Assembly (NCBI GenBank): GCA_036630325.1
Contig: CP142727.1
Coordinates: 372,001-436,000 of the forward strand
Direction of reading: 5' to 3'
Origin: Vairimorpha necatrix
Lineage: Eukaryota
Length of the DNA: 64,000 nt
Shown here: one piece after another, positions 24,739 through 37,269 of the stretch
Layout of the letters: every line of letters starts with the position of its first letter
Numbering within the stretch: the first letter of the stretch is position 1
Notes under the pieces: model-generated
Database searches by the model: none
The model's input: the letters and a program-made list of their open reading frames with translations, nothing else
What the model was told of the DNA's origin: nothing
Translations under genes and position numbers: made by a program

Positions 24739-25626
24739 ATGCTTTTCTTTATTTTGTCTATAAAATGTACGGAATTATTTTTTCATAAAGTTGAATTACA
24801 TCCACAAGCCCAGACCGGAGATAAAATAAAGGAAAATTGCGATTTCGATATTGATTCAATTTTAACAGAGACATATAAAGAGACGAATCCTAAATACATA
24901 TCAGATCTAAAAGAAATTTATAACGAGTTATTGGGATCTTTTGAACCGGAAAATAACAAATTATATAACCTAGATAATGAAAGTCAAATGTTCTTTTATG
25001 AAGAGAAAACATCTAAATTTGAAGAACCATTAAAACAAAAACTTGAAAATATGAATAAAATTTTCTGTCAAATTGAAGCCAAAGCACAAAATAAATTATT
25101 CAATACTCCAACTAAAACTATGATTATTGAATTCGATAAAAGAGAACTAAAAAAAATAACCCAAAATAGAAATTATCTACATAAAAAATGTTATCCCTAT
25201 CGAAATAAGCTATTAAAAAAAACGAGAATTCTTTTAGAAAAGATCGAACAAATAGATCTTATTGATAACACAATTTTTAATGATGTTTTAGATTTCATTA
25301 TTGATATATTTAATTTTATAATACCCAAAAGTCATAATATAACAATAACTTCTAGCCCTTTTAAATTAAAACATCTTCTTAAATTAGATGTTTGGAAAAT
25401 AAAGAAAGTATCAAAAAAGATAAATATATCAGATTTAATCGCAGCTTTAATCGAATATTACGTTTATTTAAATAAAGATAAGGATGGTAAGATGCACGAA
25501 ATTGTGGAAGACTTTAATAATTTAAATTTGGATTATGTTAATTTTTGTATACAAAAAGAAGCTATTTATATTCGTATAAACAAGATAATAGAAATTATCA
25601 ATGAAAAGAAAAAGTTTTTAAAATAA
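24739..25626 (+). CDS. Secreted protein, family A (295 aa)
   Basis: CCCT-ATG start, signal MLFFILSIKC, motifs DIDSILTE, FIIPKSHN, LDVWK. Confidence 0.87.
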   Translation: MLFFILSIKCTELFFHKVELHPQAQTGDKIKENCDFDIDSILTETYKETNPKYISDLKEIYNELLGSFEPENNKLYNLDNESQMFFYEEKTSKFEEPLKQKLENMNKIFCQIEAKAQNKLFNTPTKTMIIEFDKRELKKITQNRNYLHKKCYPYRNKLLKKTRILLEKIEQIDLIDNTIFNDVLDFIIDIFNFIIPKSHNITITSSPFKLKHLLKLDVWKIKKVSKKINISDLIAALIEYYVYLNKDKDGKMHEIVEDFNNLNLDYVNFCIQKEAIYIRINKIIEIINEKKKFLK

Positions 25627-26399
25627 AATACATTATAGTTGGTTTTAAAAAAAATAATTTAGATTTTTTTCAGACCCTATTCATTGTGCCTATAAAATCA
25701 TTTTTATAATAATTAGTGTATAAAAAATATGTATGGTTTGTAATTTAATTAAAGGATATGCTGAAAAAAGATAACACAAGCGCAAAATTCTAAATTAATA
25801 AGCTAATTTAAAAAAATACAATGGGGCTAATTTTATGGTATAGTAGCTATTTTATGCCATTTTAATATTTTTATCCATTTTTGATCCATGTTCAGTTTAA
25901 ATCATCATTAAATTACGGCATAATGACTAAATCTCGTTTAAAAAAAATGTAGTGGGTCAAATATCAAGTGTAACTGCTAAAGTCAACAATTTATAATAAA
26001 TCTACGTTGATTATAATATTTTTTCTTACTTAATTTTATTATACCATGCAAATAAAATAATTTTCTAATAATGACACGCAAAATATCTTTGACGTATAAT
26101 TAATCTCAACAAGACGCTTTGTAAATTATTATTAGCAAGTATGAGCATTTATATGGTTTGATCTGGAATTATTCAGTATATTTAACGTAAAAATGTTATG
26201 ACACAAACTATTGTTTAGTAATCATTAAATATTAAATTATGATGGTTTAAATGAATAAAAAACGAGAAAAGGTATTTTTATTTTATACGAACGCTATTGT
26301 TATTTTCAACAATGATAGAATTTAATTATAAGGTTAATAAAAAAATATAAAGAATAAATTACTTTTGAAGCTATTATTTATTTAATTTTCTTCAGTTTA

Positions 26400-26600
26400 C
26401 CTTCACTGGCGCGCACTCTATCTGGTTACAACACTGTAAGCTATTTCTACTTGTTCTTGGTTCCAGATCCACTCTTAGTGAGATCTGCCGGTGTTTAAAG
26501 AATATGATTTCAGCGTCTTCATTAAATCTGAATTGGATGTAGGCTTCGGTACAGTCGATATATTATGTGTTGCACGCATTAAATTTTGATTTATTGTTCT
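26400..26600 (-). mobile_element. Possible extreme 3' remnant of RLE-type non-LTR element
   Basis: Minus strand EAYIQF...MKTLKS resembles EAYIQSIVMKKTLESISL of the 59.6-kb copy. Confidence 0.4.
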
Positions 26601-29600
26601 ATGACTTTTTTCTTCTTTGTTATCGGCTTTCTTTTATTTAACTAACTTGTGAATATTTGATACATATTGTTAAATGACCTATCTAAATTAAAATGAAAAA
26701 TCACATAATAATACGGCAATAAAATTACAATATTTAGAATTATCTGCAGTATAAACTGTATTCAAAGTACGAATGATATTGAATTACCTATCTATAAAAC
26801 TCACAATTCTTATTACCTCCGAAAAAATTATAATTTAACAATCTTAATGTTCTTTGTTAAACGTTCATATAATTTGCTTTCTTAAGGTCCTAAATAAAAG
26901 TTTTAAAAATCTCTAAACCTAGTATAGTTATCGTGTCAAAATAATGTTTCATGTCTCTAACCTTCTAAGGCAATTGTATTTATACTTAATACTATAAATA
27001 TAAATTTCATCTTAACAATATGTTTAACGAAAATAAAATATTTCATAGATCCATTGCGTATTTAAGATTTAAGTCAGGACTAGAACTAGGTACATTTATA
27101 GAATCAAGACTAAAAGGCTATCACTGGCTGACCTTGCGACTTAACTTCAAAGAATAATTAAAATTACTTGTAACGCTTAGTTAACGCTATAAAGATATAT
27201 GAAAAAATTATAAAATTTAGAGAATTCATAGTATTTAAATAAAATTTTTTAATTCGATTTTTAAGATTGCAGATATCGAAGAATTCATATATAAAAGAAT
27301 TAAAAATTGTGCAAATGAAAGCAATATGATTCATAATGTACTAACAAAATATGATAAGTAATAAATTATTATATCATACAAACAAACGACTTTATCTTCA
27401 CAACTACATAAAAACTTAGATGATGATAATTATATATCGTAAAAATTTACAGAACAATCAAAAAAGGTCTAAAAATAAATATATAGTCGTTTAATGGCAT
27501 AATAAACTTGTAATAGGAAAAAATAATCTACACATAAAAATATTAAAAATTTGAAATAACACAAAACAGCAAAAGGGATTCACCAATAAAATTGTTGCAT
27601 AATATTCATAACTAAAAACTTTTCAAAGGTAATAAGGATTAATAATTTAAATAATTTTAAGAACTTTTCGTCGTGTTCTTTTTGCAGAGTAAAATTTTCT
27701 ATGTGACGTAAAACGATATAGCAATTTTATATTGTGGTTTTTATTATCATCTACGCTCTTAAATATTTTTTTAAATCACATGTAAAAAAAACAAGCCAAA
27801 TTTGAAAAACTTCGTATACAAAAGTACAGATTTTATTTTTAAATAGTGTTGTGCTCTTTAAAGATTCAGCTTACTTTTAAAGTGAAAGGAAATTTCTTAT
27901 TTAATTTTGCAACAATTTTAGCTGAGAAACATGGCGAAATGGGTCTGTAGACATTCATAAAAATTTAAAACCTTTGAGGAGCTATCTAAATCATGTAATA
28001 TGTAAAATAAAAAAGGCTTTGGTGAATTTAATAACAGTCCAATATTTTTGTATAATAAGAAAAGTAATGAAATTTTAAAAAATTATGACGGAGTCTAAAT
28101 ATATGAGGAAAGGTTTTGGTTCTTGTAATCAAAGCAAATAAATCATCAGAAATTCTAACTGTAAACATTTAAATTCAATTAGATGCAGACAACTCGAAGA
28201 AATTAAACACAAAAGACCACATTTAAGCACTAATGTACTTTTTTCAAAAAAGCTACTATAACTTGCCATAAAGACCACTAATAACATCAAAGACATGCCC
28301 TTATATAAAATATGTTATTACTATGTCTGTAGTTTATTATTTCTATAATTATTTTTTCTATGCAAAAATATATTATATGAAAATATCTATACGTTTTTTG
28401 CAGTTAAAACATCATCTTAAAGTAGATATATGGAAACTTATCCCAACAATTAAAAAAAATTAATAAACTAGATCTAATTGGAATTACAATTTCTTATTAC
28501 GATGATAAAAAACGATTAAAATATGAAAAATTTAAAACCATTTAAAGTTTTGCATTATCATTAAAATTTCTGATCAGCAAGATTGATAAAATTGTACGCA
28601 ATAAAACCAGTTAAATATTTACAAAAAAAAATCGAAACGATAAATTGTATTAATTAGGAAAAATTCATTAGTTTTATAAGTATTTGAAAGTGTGCTTTTT
28701 ATTATATATTTAAATTGTTTTAGAACCCTTATATATCAACAATCTAGGGTTTTTTAGAAAATAAAGATATTTATTTATGACCATAAATTTAACAAACTTA
28801 TAATCTTGTCTGCTTAACTGATTAACCCTTATAATTACTTACGAAGTATTATTACGTTGTTTTAATAACTGTCTGTGGTTTAAAAGGAACTTTTAATGCA
28901 AATATTCTCTTAAATATTTTTTTTTTAACTTACAATATTATTAAGATCGTTTAATGAGACAGTTTCAATTTTATTTTTTTTGTCTAAAGGTCCATAATAC
29001 CTACTAACTAAATTTAATGTGAATAAAATATAATTTATGATTTGTTTATGACTCTATTATTGTTGGTCTAAATAGTATTATAAACTCTTTTTATTGATTT
29101 TTGTTCTTATAAATTTTTAATATTTTACAGTAAAAATATTAAGCCTTAAAGTTAAAAGAAATGACACAAAAAAAAATTTTATTGCATTCTAATTAGTTGC
29201 ATTAAGCAAGTACAGTTAATACAAATAAGGACGCATAAATAGCAAAGGAATACAATATTAGCGGTTTTAAAATTCATATGAACATCGACAAACATCTCTA
29301 GCCTGCCTATCGCATCAATTGATTTATAAACTTTCTAAAATTACAAAAATAAAACAGTAAGTTTATTTTGTAAGGTTTTAACTAAAGCGTCTACCACTAG
29401 CATCTTGTTACTGTTGAATTCTTAAATATTTTTTTTTTAACTAAGAGTTCGGATAGATCATAATTTAAAAGTTATTTTTTCAAAACAAATCATGTTAAAC
29501 CTCACATAAACATATAAAAATTGAGTGGTTTATAAAAAATCTGTAAATTTATAGTTCTTATTATGTTTTGGGGAATTACATTTCTCTTCTATACCTGACG

Positions 29601-32435
29601 GGATATAAAATATGAAAAACAGAAAAGTTCGGCTAAGCCGTTGAGCGTATTATAGATATCAAGACAAATAAGCCTAAAATCTTATATATTATGCTTACCT
29701 TGTTCAGTTCATTTCTAAAGACCTTACAAATGTTAAAACCTCGGAAATTTTAACTAAAATTAGTACCATCTTCAACTCTTCAATTAGTGTAGATCTGCAA
29801 AAAGTATATCTTGACAGTTTCGCCTTAAATAACACAACATTACTCACTCTATCATAGCTATTATTAGATTAAGACTAATTATTCTACTTTATCTACATAA
29901 TAATCTAAATCAGCCTTTAGAAATATTTGATAATTTTGATTGATTTAGCTGATTATTTTTTTGCGTACTAAAGTCATTTTAAAATTCAGTATCTAGATAT
30001 ATTCAAGCATAATTTTGTTTTAGTCCAATATAAAGGCTTTTAATGTTTCAGAATGTATATAAAAATTTCGAAGCAGAGCTTTAATGAAATTATAAAATTC
30101 TTGGGTAAATTGATGTCTCAATTTGTTTATGCATATTTTTCTCATTTTATATCGTATGTAGTAGTTAGCCCACACACTGTTACTTGTTCCGATACACAAT
30201 ATAAATTGATTTACCTAACATGGAAACTGTAGTAAATGAAAATAATCAAGTTTGTCCTATTTTACAGTTTATAATGATATTAATTAGTCAAATATTGTTA
30301 TCTACAATATGTAGTTAGAAAATATAAAAAGTAATAGAATACGTCATCTTGTAACTATATATGCGTTAATATATGAAATAAATGAGAAAATTGCAGAACC
30401 CTTTAAGGCAATACCTTATATTTATTAATTATTTTGTGTAATTACATTTTTAAAATATTAAAAAAATATTTATTTCATTATTTGGGTGCGATTCCTATGT
30501 AACTTTCCATTTATTGTTCCAATACGTACTTTAATTAGAAAATTTTCTGTTTATGACTTGCAATTAAACTAATTGTACTTAATTTTTGCACTATCTCTTT
30601 TAAATCTAAAATTAATTGAAAATAAGATTTTATACATTTTTATTATGTAGATCTAAAATAACGTTCGCTATTTTTATAATCGAAATAATCAAAAACTTCT
30701 GGTGTTAATTCTCTCTCCAATATTTGTTTAAAACTTTAAGAAGGTTGACATACGTCAGATTGTGAAGCCAAGAAGTTTTAATTTCCTAAATCATCAAGCT
30801 CTTATTTTAAACTACATTGACAATTAAAAGAGGAAATTAAAATGTAAAAAAGTATAACAAAACAAGAATAAATTGCATTATTGATTTGTATCTATGGTTG
30901 TAATACCAGTAACATTATAATCGTTAAATCATACTCAGATGCAATAAAAAAATTCCAATTAAAATTGCAGATTTGATTTTCACAAAGTCAAAAAGTTGTA
31001 AGATTACTTCGTTATACATGTTGAAGAAATTTACTGCTCTTCGGATACACATTCTAAAATAATAATTAAAACAAAATGCACCACAGGTGAAAATTTATGA
31101 AATAATATTTTAAATTGATGTATACAAGTATTTTTATTATGTCAAACTTTTTTGTTCAGCGATGTAGACAAAATATATATTTCATTAAGGTGACTTATGA
31201 TTCTCTTTTTTTTGATCATTGTAAATTTTATGTGTTTTCCTTTTTTAAACATAGATAAAAAGATCATGAATTATAAATAAATGTGAATAAACACCATGAA
31301 TGCATCATTTTCAGTTTTTTACGATTAACAAATTTTTTATGAAATTTACGTCTAATTTATTATATAAATATATAAATAATTCGGTATTAAACAAACATGC
31401 ATATCTTATCAAATATATGAAAAATTAAACATAAATTTTTTAGGTACTATAACTATTACTTTGTTATAAGAATTAATAGATTTTTTTTAGAAATTAAGCT
31501 ATGTTTTTCCTAATGTTTGAACTGCCTTTATGTAATTTTATTCCACTTAATCTTGCTTACAAAGTTTCTGTACAATACTCGTAAAACAATTTCCTGAAAT
31601 ACTTTAAAATCTCTTTGAAAAATAATTGTTATGAAGATTTAGAATTAAGTAGTATTTATGTGTTAATATTTCTTTTCTTGCCCATAGTGTAAAAGATAAC
31701 ATGTTTTCATAAATTTACCATGTATTTGATGCGGTATTTTTGCATATTACAAATTGAGTCATATATCAATAAACAATAATTCTATTATTACAAACATCAT
31801 GCGTATTTTAAGTCTTTACATTTTTTAAATCACCAAAAAAAATTTAAAACGAAAAAATAACACTAAAGACGTCAGCAACGATTCTCAAAATTGCGTGTTT
31901 GACAAAAATCTATAAAATACATAGAAATTTTTGTTTTAGGGATGTTTTTGAAAATATATTCACATACAACCTAACATATAGTCCTTTTTTTCTTATTTTA
32001 GGGATGCAGGGAATTAATCGACAAAGATATGTTTACTATGTTTCTTTCCTTTTCTTCTCATATTGAATGCTCGAAAATCGAAACCACCTAAAAAACAAAA
32101 GTTGAGATATCAAAAAATTGAAAATTTAATTATGAACATGTTAAATTTACCTATAAACGAAACAAAAATGATTTTATGTGAGGCTTAGCATGTGCCGTAT
32201 AAACAATTCTTTGTACATAAATATTTCTTGCATTAATAGCCGAATTAATATATAATTCTTTTAATAACGCATTGGAATGTTCTTAAGAGCATTTCAGTTA
32301 AAATTAAAAATTAAGTTTGTAAAAAATCTTGTAAAAAAAACTTCATTTGTTTTCTATTATACAATATAAATTAAATCTAGGGATATTGAGATAAATTATC
32401 ATATTTATTTAAATATTATTAATTTTAAATTTTTT

Positions 32436-32702
32436 TGTCAAGAACATCACATGTACGGAATAAGCTGTTCAGCCTCTTCATGACTAATACTGTTTTTTAT
32501 TTCCTTATCGTTGTAATAGCTTGCTCTCAAGTGTCTTCTTATGGGATCGAAAAATTAACGTCTGCGTTCGGTCAATGATTTTAAGCATATTTCTATGTTT
32601 TGCGTGGTGATTAGTAATAAATTGTAATGAACAATATTTTTATCTAAAATTATCAAACTCAATTGTTGGTGGAGAACAAAATGTATAAGACACTTTTATA
32701 TG
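32436..32702 (+). mobile_element. Possible truncated plus-strand LTR + PBS of another Ty3/Gypsy element
   Basis: TGTCA... segment with AATAAA, followed by TGGTGGAGAAC (32667-32677, the same PBS type as the adjacent element) and AAAATG. It is cut off at the neighbouring LTR. Confidence 0.35.
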
Positions 32703-32803
32703 TGTTAGACATATCCAAGTTAAGGGTTATTTATTTATAAAATATATTTAGGATAATAATCCACAACATCCCCGCGACTAGGTATTTGTACCACCTCCCC
32801 CCT

Positions 32804-35536
32804 CTAAAGATAGAACTCCTCCTTTTTGATTTTACGTAGTTGAGTAATATGCCTTTTACTAACTTTACCTTTAAGATTAATCAGATACGTATCGTTATTC
32901 AATATACCTACAACTTCGCCCATAGCGGAAAATTTAGGCTGTCCTTTATATTTATGAATATGATCTTCTATCAGAACAAAATCGCGTAGCTCTAGTTTTA
33001 GATAATTAGGGTTCTTAAACATTTTTTTGTATTTTTTAATTCTATTTTCGAAATATTTATTCTTTAGTAATTCTAAATTTTCTGTGTTTAAAGCCTCTTT
33101 GGGTGTCATGTTTGTAGCCGAATGGCAGATACTATTATAACTATCAAGTACATTGTCAACTCGTTTTGACAATCTTATTGTTTTTTCTTGTTTGTTTACC
33201 CCTTCACCCATAGTTCTATTAAATCGTTCAATTCTACCATTTGAACAATGATGATATGGTGAAGTTACATGATAGACAATCCCGTTTTCAATCATCCAAT
33301 TTTTTATATATTCACTGTTGTTTTCTTTTGCAGCGTCAGAGACAAATGTCTTCACTTTGAACTTCTTATGTACTATTTCTAAAAACATTAATAAGTTGAG
33401 ACTGGTTTTATTCTTAAATACTTTGGCTATTGCATATCTTGAAAAATAATCTATTGCTGTAAAAATATATGAACCTTTTATTGGTCCTATAATGTCAAAG
33501 GCTACCTTTTGCCCCGGTTCAAAAGCTTCGATGAATCTATAACCCGTTATTCGTACCGGATTGTATTCTTTACACTTAAAACATTCTTTAACGATTCCTT
33601 TAACTTCTGTTAATTTAATGTTTTTCTCAGGTTCATTTTCACATAAATATTCGTAAGTTGCTTTAGCTCCTCTATGTACCAGCTTTTCATGAGCTTGTAC
33701 TAAACTCTCTTTATTGTCAGTTACGCTGATATTGTTTATTTCTTTATGTTGGCGAGATAAAGCATCGACATGTGCCAATTCCGTAGGTTTTTTGTATTTA
33801 ATTTCAAAGTCATACATTTGGATCCTTTCTATCCATCTAATTATTCGTGATGACTTAATTTCTCCTTTTAAGTTGAGGGCTTCTAACGCTCTGTGGTCTG
33901 TAAAAATTATAAATCTTCTACCAAGTAACCAATATTTAAAATGCTCCATTGCCCATAATGAAGCCAACATTTCTTTCTCCGTGATCGTATAATTTAATTC
34001 TGCATCTCTCAGTTGCCTGGATGCAAATGCTATGGGTCGTTCTATTCCATCACAAATTTGGCTGAGTATTGCACCAAGTCCCGTGTTGGACGCATCAGTC
34101 GTTAAAATAAAGTTAGAAGCTAGATCGGGTTGATATAAGCATAGTTCTGAAGTTAATATTTTCTTAAGCGTATTAAATGCCTGTTCTTGACTTTCTCCCC
34201 ATTCAAACTGTCGATTTTTCTTTAACAAAAGCACTAAGGGGTTACAGATATCAGCACAATTCTTAATAAATTTTCTATAATAATTAATGACTCCTAAAAA
34301 TTTTCTTACGTCGTCTGCACTCTTGGGTGTTTTGTACATATTAATTCCTTCTGTTTTATCTATTATTGGTCTAATTTTATTTTGTGAAATTTTATGACCT
34401 AAAAACTCAACTTCTTCTTTTAAAATTGTGATTTTCTCTTTATTTGCAGAAAATCCTGCTCTATTAAGCAGACGGCAAACTTTAGCCAAAGCTTTGTAAT
34501 GCTCTTCAATAGTTTCGGAGTAAATCAAAACATCATCAACATATGCAAAACATGTTCTCCCAATTCCCTCATTCAAGACTTTATCAATTACTCTTTGAAA
34601 CATTGCCGGAGAGTTTTTAAATCCCATTGGCATACGGACATATTCATATGTTTTATCTTTTATTCGAAAAGCCGTTTTCTCTCTGTCCGCTTCACGTAGT
34701 TTGACCTGAAAAAATGCTTCTTTAAGATCTATTTTCGAAAAGTATTTGCTTTTGCCTAAGCAATAAATATATTCCTCTATCCTAAGCAGGGTATAACTAT
34801 CTAGCTCAACAATATTGTTGAGTTTAATTAAATTTATGGTCAATCCAGCGCTGCCATCTTTCTTTTCAACGGGCCTCACATTATTTAACCATGTTGATTT
34901 GGACTCTCTAATGTAATTATTATGCAATAATCTTTTTATTTCCACTTCTACTTTCTTCTCCCAAGCCTGTGGAATTCTATAAGTTCTTTCGACAACCTTT
35001 TTTCCTTTTTCTGTGTCAATTCTACATTCAAACCCTTTTATTCCTTCTGGTTTCCATGTGCATAGATTGTCAATTTCGTCTTTATAGTTACAAATCTTTG
35101 GTTCTTCAATGTTCTGACCCCCATGGGACATCCATTGTCTTCCTATAATAACTGTTAAATCTGTTCTTTTTGGTAATATAAAAAATTTTTCTCTGAAAGT
35201 GTTTTCCTTATAGCTAAAAACTATCCATACATATTCTGTAATTTTAAATTCTTCTAGTAAACAAGTATACAGGCTGATAGGCTGCTTAAGTTTATATCTC
35301 TTCTCTTGAATTTTATTTACAATATTATTTGTAACAAAACTATACTCAGAACCAGTATCAAATACAGTTCGTAATTTAAAATTTTTTATAAAAATATAAT
35401 TGTCTTTGGTTATTTCCTCAATTTTTTCAATATTATTGATGTTCTTATTTATTTTTCCTTCTCTTGAAGATGACTTTTGGATTTTTCTATAAGTAGCTTC
35501 TTTAATTACTACTTCTAATCTTTTAATTATTTCCAA
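32804..35536 (-). CDS. pol: Ty3/Gypsy Pol polyprotein (protease, RT, RNase H, integrase)
   Basis: FDTGS (PR), MPMGFKNSP and YVDDVLI (RT), TDAS..GLGAILSQ and TDHRAL (RH), H..H..C..C, SD..KE and SNGRIERFNRT (IN). No ATG start; the frame is continuous with the upstream gag across one TAG. Confidence 0.93.
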   Translation of the reverse strand: MEIIKRLEVVIKEATYRKIQKSSSREGKINKNINNIEKIEEITKDNYIFIKNFKLRTVFDTGSEYSFVTNNIVNKIQEKRYKLKQPISLYTCLLEEFKITEYVWIVFSYKENTFREKFFILPKRTDLTVIIGRQWMSHGGQNIEEPKICNYKDEIDNLCTWKPEGIKGFECRIDTEKGKKVVERTYRIPQAWEKKVEVEIKRLLHNNYIRESKSTWLNNVRPVEKKDGSAGLTINLIKLNNIVELDSYTLLRIEEYIYCLGKSKYFSKIDLKEAFFQVKLREADREKTAFRIKDKTYEYVRMPMGFKNSPAMFQRVIDKVLNEGIGRTCFAYVDDVLIYSETIEEHYKALAKVCRLLNRAGFSANKEKITILKEEVEFLGHKISQNKIRPIIDKTEGINMYKTPKSADDVRKFLGVINYYRKFIKNCADICNPLVLLLKKNRQFEWGESQEQAFNTLKKILTSELCLYQPDLASNFILTTDASNTGLGAILSQICDGIERPIAFASRQLRDAELNYTITEKEMLASLWAMEHFKYWLLGRRFIIFTDHRALEALNLKGEIKSSRIIRWIERIQMYDFEIKYKKPTELAHVDALSRQHKEINNISVTDNKESLVQAHEKLVHRGAKATYEYLCENEPEKNIKLTEVKGIVKECFKCKEYNPVRITGYRFIEAFEPGQKVAFDIIGPIKGSYIFTAIDYFSRYAIAKVFKNKTSLNLLMFLEIVHKKFKVKTFVSDAAKENNSEYIKNWMIENGIVYHVTSPYHHCSNGRIERFNRTMGEGVNKQEKTIRLSKRVDNVLDSYNSICHSATNMTPKEALNTENLELLKNKYFENRIKKYKKMFKNPNYLKLELRDFVLIEDHIHKYKGQPKFSAMGEVVGILNNDTYLINLKGKVSKRHITQLRKIKKEEFYL

Positions 35537-35560
35537 AAATTCATCATTTATGACCGAAAA

Positions 35561-35980
35561 CTATATAGTAGCTTTCTCAATCTCTACCCTCATCTTCTTT
35601 AACCCAAGAAAACTGACTAATAAGATTACTTCTTCGTCTTCAATTATGCTATCTCCTAATTGCTTCATTCTTTTAAGATAAGTATAACAAGTTTCATCCT
35701 TCTTCTGAAATTCTCTAAAAAAATCTCTTTTTGAAACTTTATTTTCAAAGGTACCAATCATGAATTCTTTCCATTCTTCATAAACAAATTTTTTTAGTTT
35801 CTTTGACTTTTCAAATTTCTCGTTGGCTTCAAAAATTTCAATGCTTGCCCTTTCCAGTATATAATCAATCTTGTCATTATCTGACAATGACTTAAAGTTT
35901 TTTTTCCTTTCTAATCTTTTTATTTTGACTATTATATCTTTACCCGATATTTGTAGGGTGAGACTAGCCAACAACTCCAT
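35561..35980 (-). CDS. gag: Gag (capsid-like) of the Ty3/Gypsy element
   Basis: ATG about 20 nt after the PBS and a Q...ET..TY..R major-homology-like motif (FQKKDETCYTYLKRM). Same frame as pol. Confidence 0.75.
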   Translation of the reverse strand: MELLASLTLQISGKDIIVKIKRLERKKNFKSLSDNDKIDYILERASIEIFEANEKFEKSKKLKKFVYEEWKEFMIGTFENKVSKRDFFREFQKKDETCYTYLKRMKQLGDSIIEDEEVILLVSFLGLKKMRVEIEKATI

Positions 35981-36081
35981 GATGTCTGTTTTTTTGTATT
36001 CTCCACCATGTTAGACATATCCAAGTTAAGGGTTATTTATTTATAAAATATATTTAGGATAATAATCCACAACAAATACCA

Positions 36082-36647
36082 TATTCTTTTTGATTTTTCT
36101 CAAATTTGATTCTAAGACCTCTTTTTGTTCTTCTAAAATCTCGAACCGAACTTGACTCTGATTCACTACCTACTTCTATTTTGAAACTATTATCCTTGTT
36201 ATTTTTTTTATAATATTTATCTCTGTTAATCTTCAGTCTGCATTCAAACACCATATGCCCTTGTCTATCACAATAGAAGCATCTCGGTACTCTCAATTTT
36301 TGTCTGCGTTGTTCTCTACTAATTTCTTCATTTACCGCCCTAGAAACCCATTCTCTATTTCCTCATATCTCTTCTCTTCCTCCTATACTTCCTTAATTCT
36401 CAACAGTAGCTTCTTCCTTATTCCTTCAATATTTTCTTCTTTTTTTGATATTTCTCACAATAGAATCTTTTAAATCTATCGAAGCCAACTTGAACAGCTC
36501 ACTCTTCCATTTCTCTCTATCGACCTCTCTCAAATCCAATTCATAGAATATACGCTTTAACTCCTGTAACATCTTTCTGACCACTTGGCCACAGTCCTCT
36601 CTTGTGAACTCTTCTTTAGGTATCGCCCCCATATAAGTGCTTAACAT
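36082..36647 (-). pseudogene. Disrupted gag of a second retroelement, truncated by the Ty3/Gypsy element
   Basis: CCCCAATT-ATG at 36647, then a frameshift and stops, then the CX2CX4HX4C knuckle CFYCDRQGHMVFEC. It ends at the 5' LTR of the neighbour. Confidence 0.7.
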
Positions 36648-37269
36648 AATTGGGGTTTAATATAATAACTAATATAACATTCTATATTTTTTTTGTTGTT
36701 TGTATCATGACAAAAATGAATAATTTCACTACGTATTAACCGAGCATTGTTAATGTTTAAATCGTCAATTTTAAGGGCTATCTTTAATCTTGCCAAATAA
36801 TAAGACTTCAGACGTATCGTATTAGCTAAGAGTAATTAAAGATTATTTTAAAAATGAAGAAGCTCTTCAATTTTTTAATACTGATAATTAATCGACCTGA
36901 CTAAAAAAATACAATATTTCTATCTTTTAATTCTAATTAAAAAACAAATAAAATGATTGGGAAAAAAATTACAACCCACCCTATGCCTCTATTTTTGAAA
37001 AATCGAAAAAATGCAAAATCGATTTTTTGGATATTATAAATTAAAGTTACTATAGTAAATTAATATTTACAAAAGAAATAGTCGACAGCCCATTTGGTAA
37101 GATTTAAAACTAAATTAATATTGATAGTATAACTCTTAAAAAAAAGTATTCCAGGCAAAAAAAAAACAATAATGCTCGTATTTTTTCTCGAAACGAATAT
37201 AAAGAATAGTTACTTTGGATACAATATCCGACTATTGGTAAATTAAAAATTATATTAGTAAAAATTAAA

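Larger units (their letters stand above)
32703..36081 (-). mobile_element. Ty3/Gypsy LTR retrotransposon (~3.4 kb) with very short LTRs
   Basis: Identical 66-bp direct repeats at 32703-32768 and 36009-36074. PBS TGGTGGAGAAT directly follows the 5' LTR. PPT AGAGGGGGGAGG (32794-32805) overlaps the pol stop. Domain order is gag-PR-RT-RH-IN. Confidence 0.93.
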
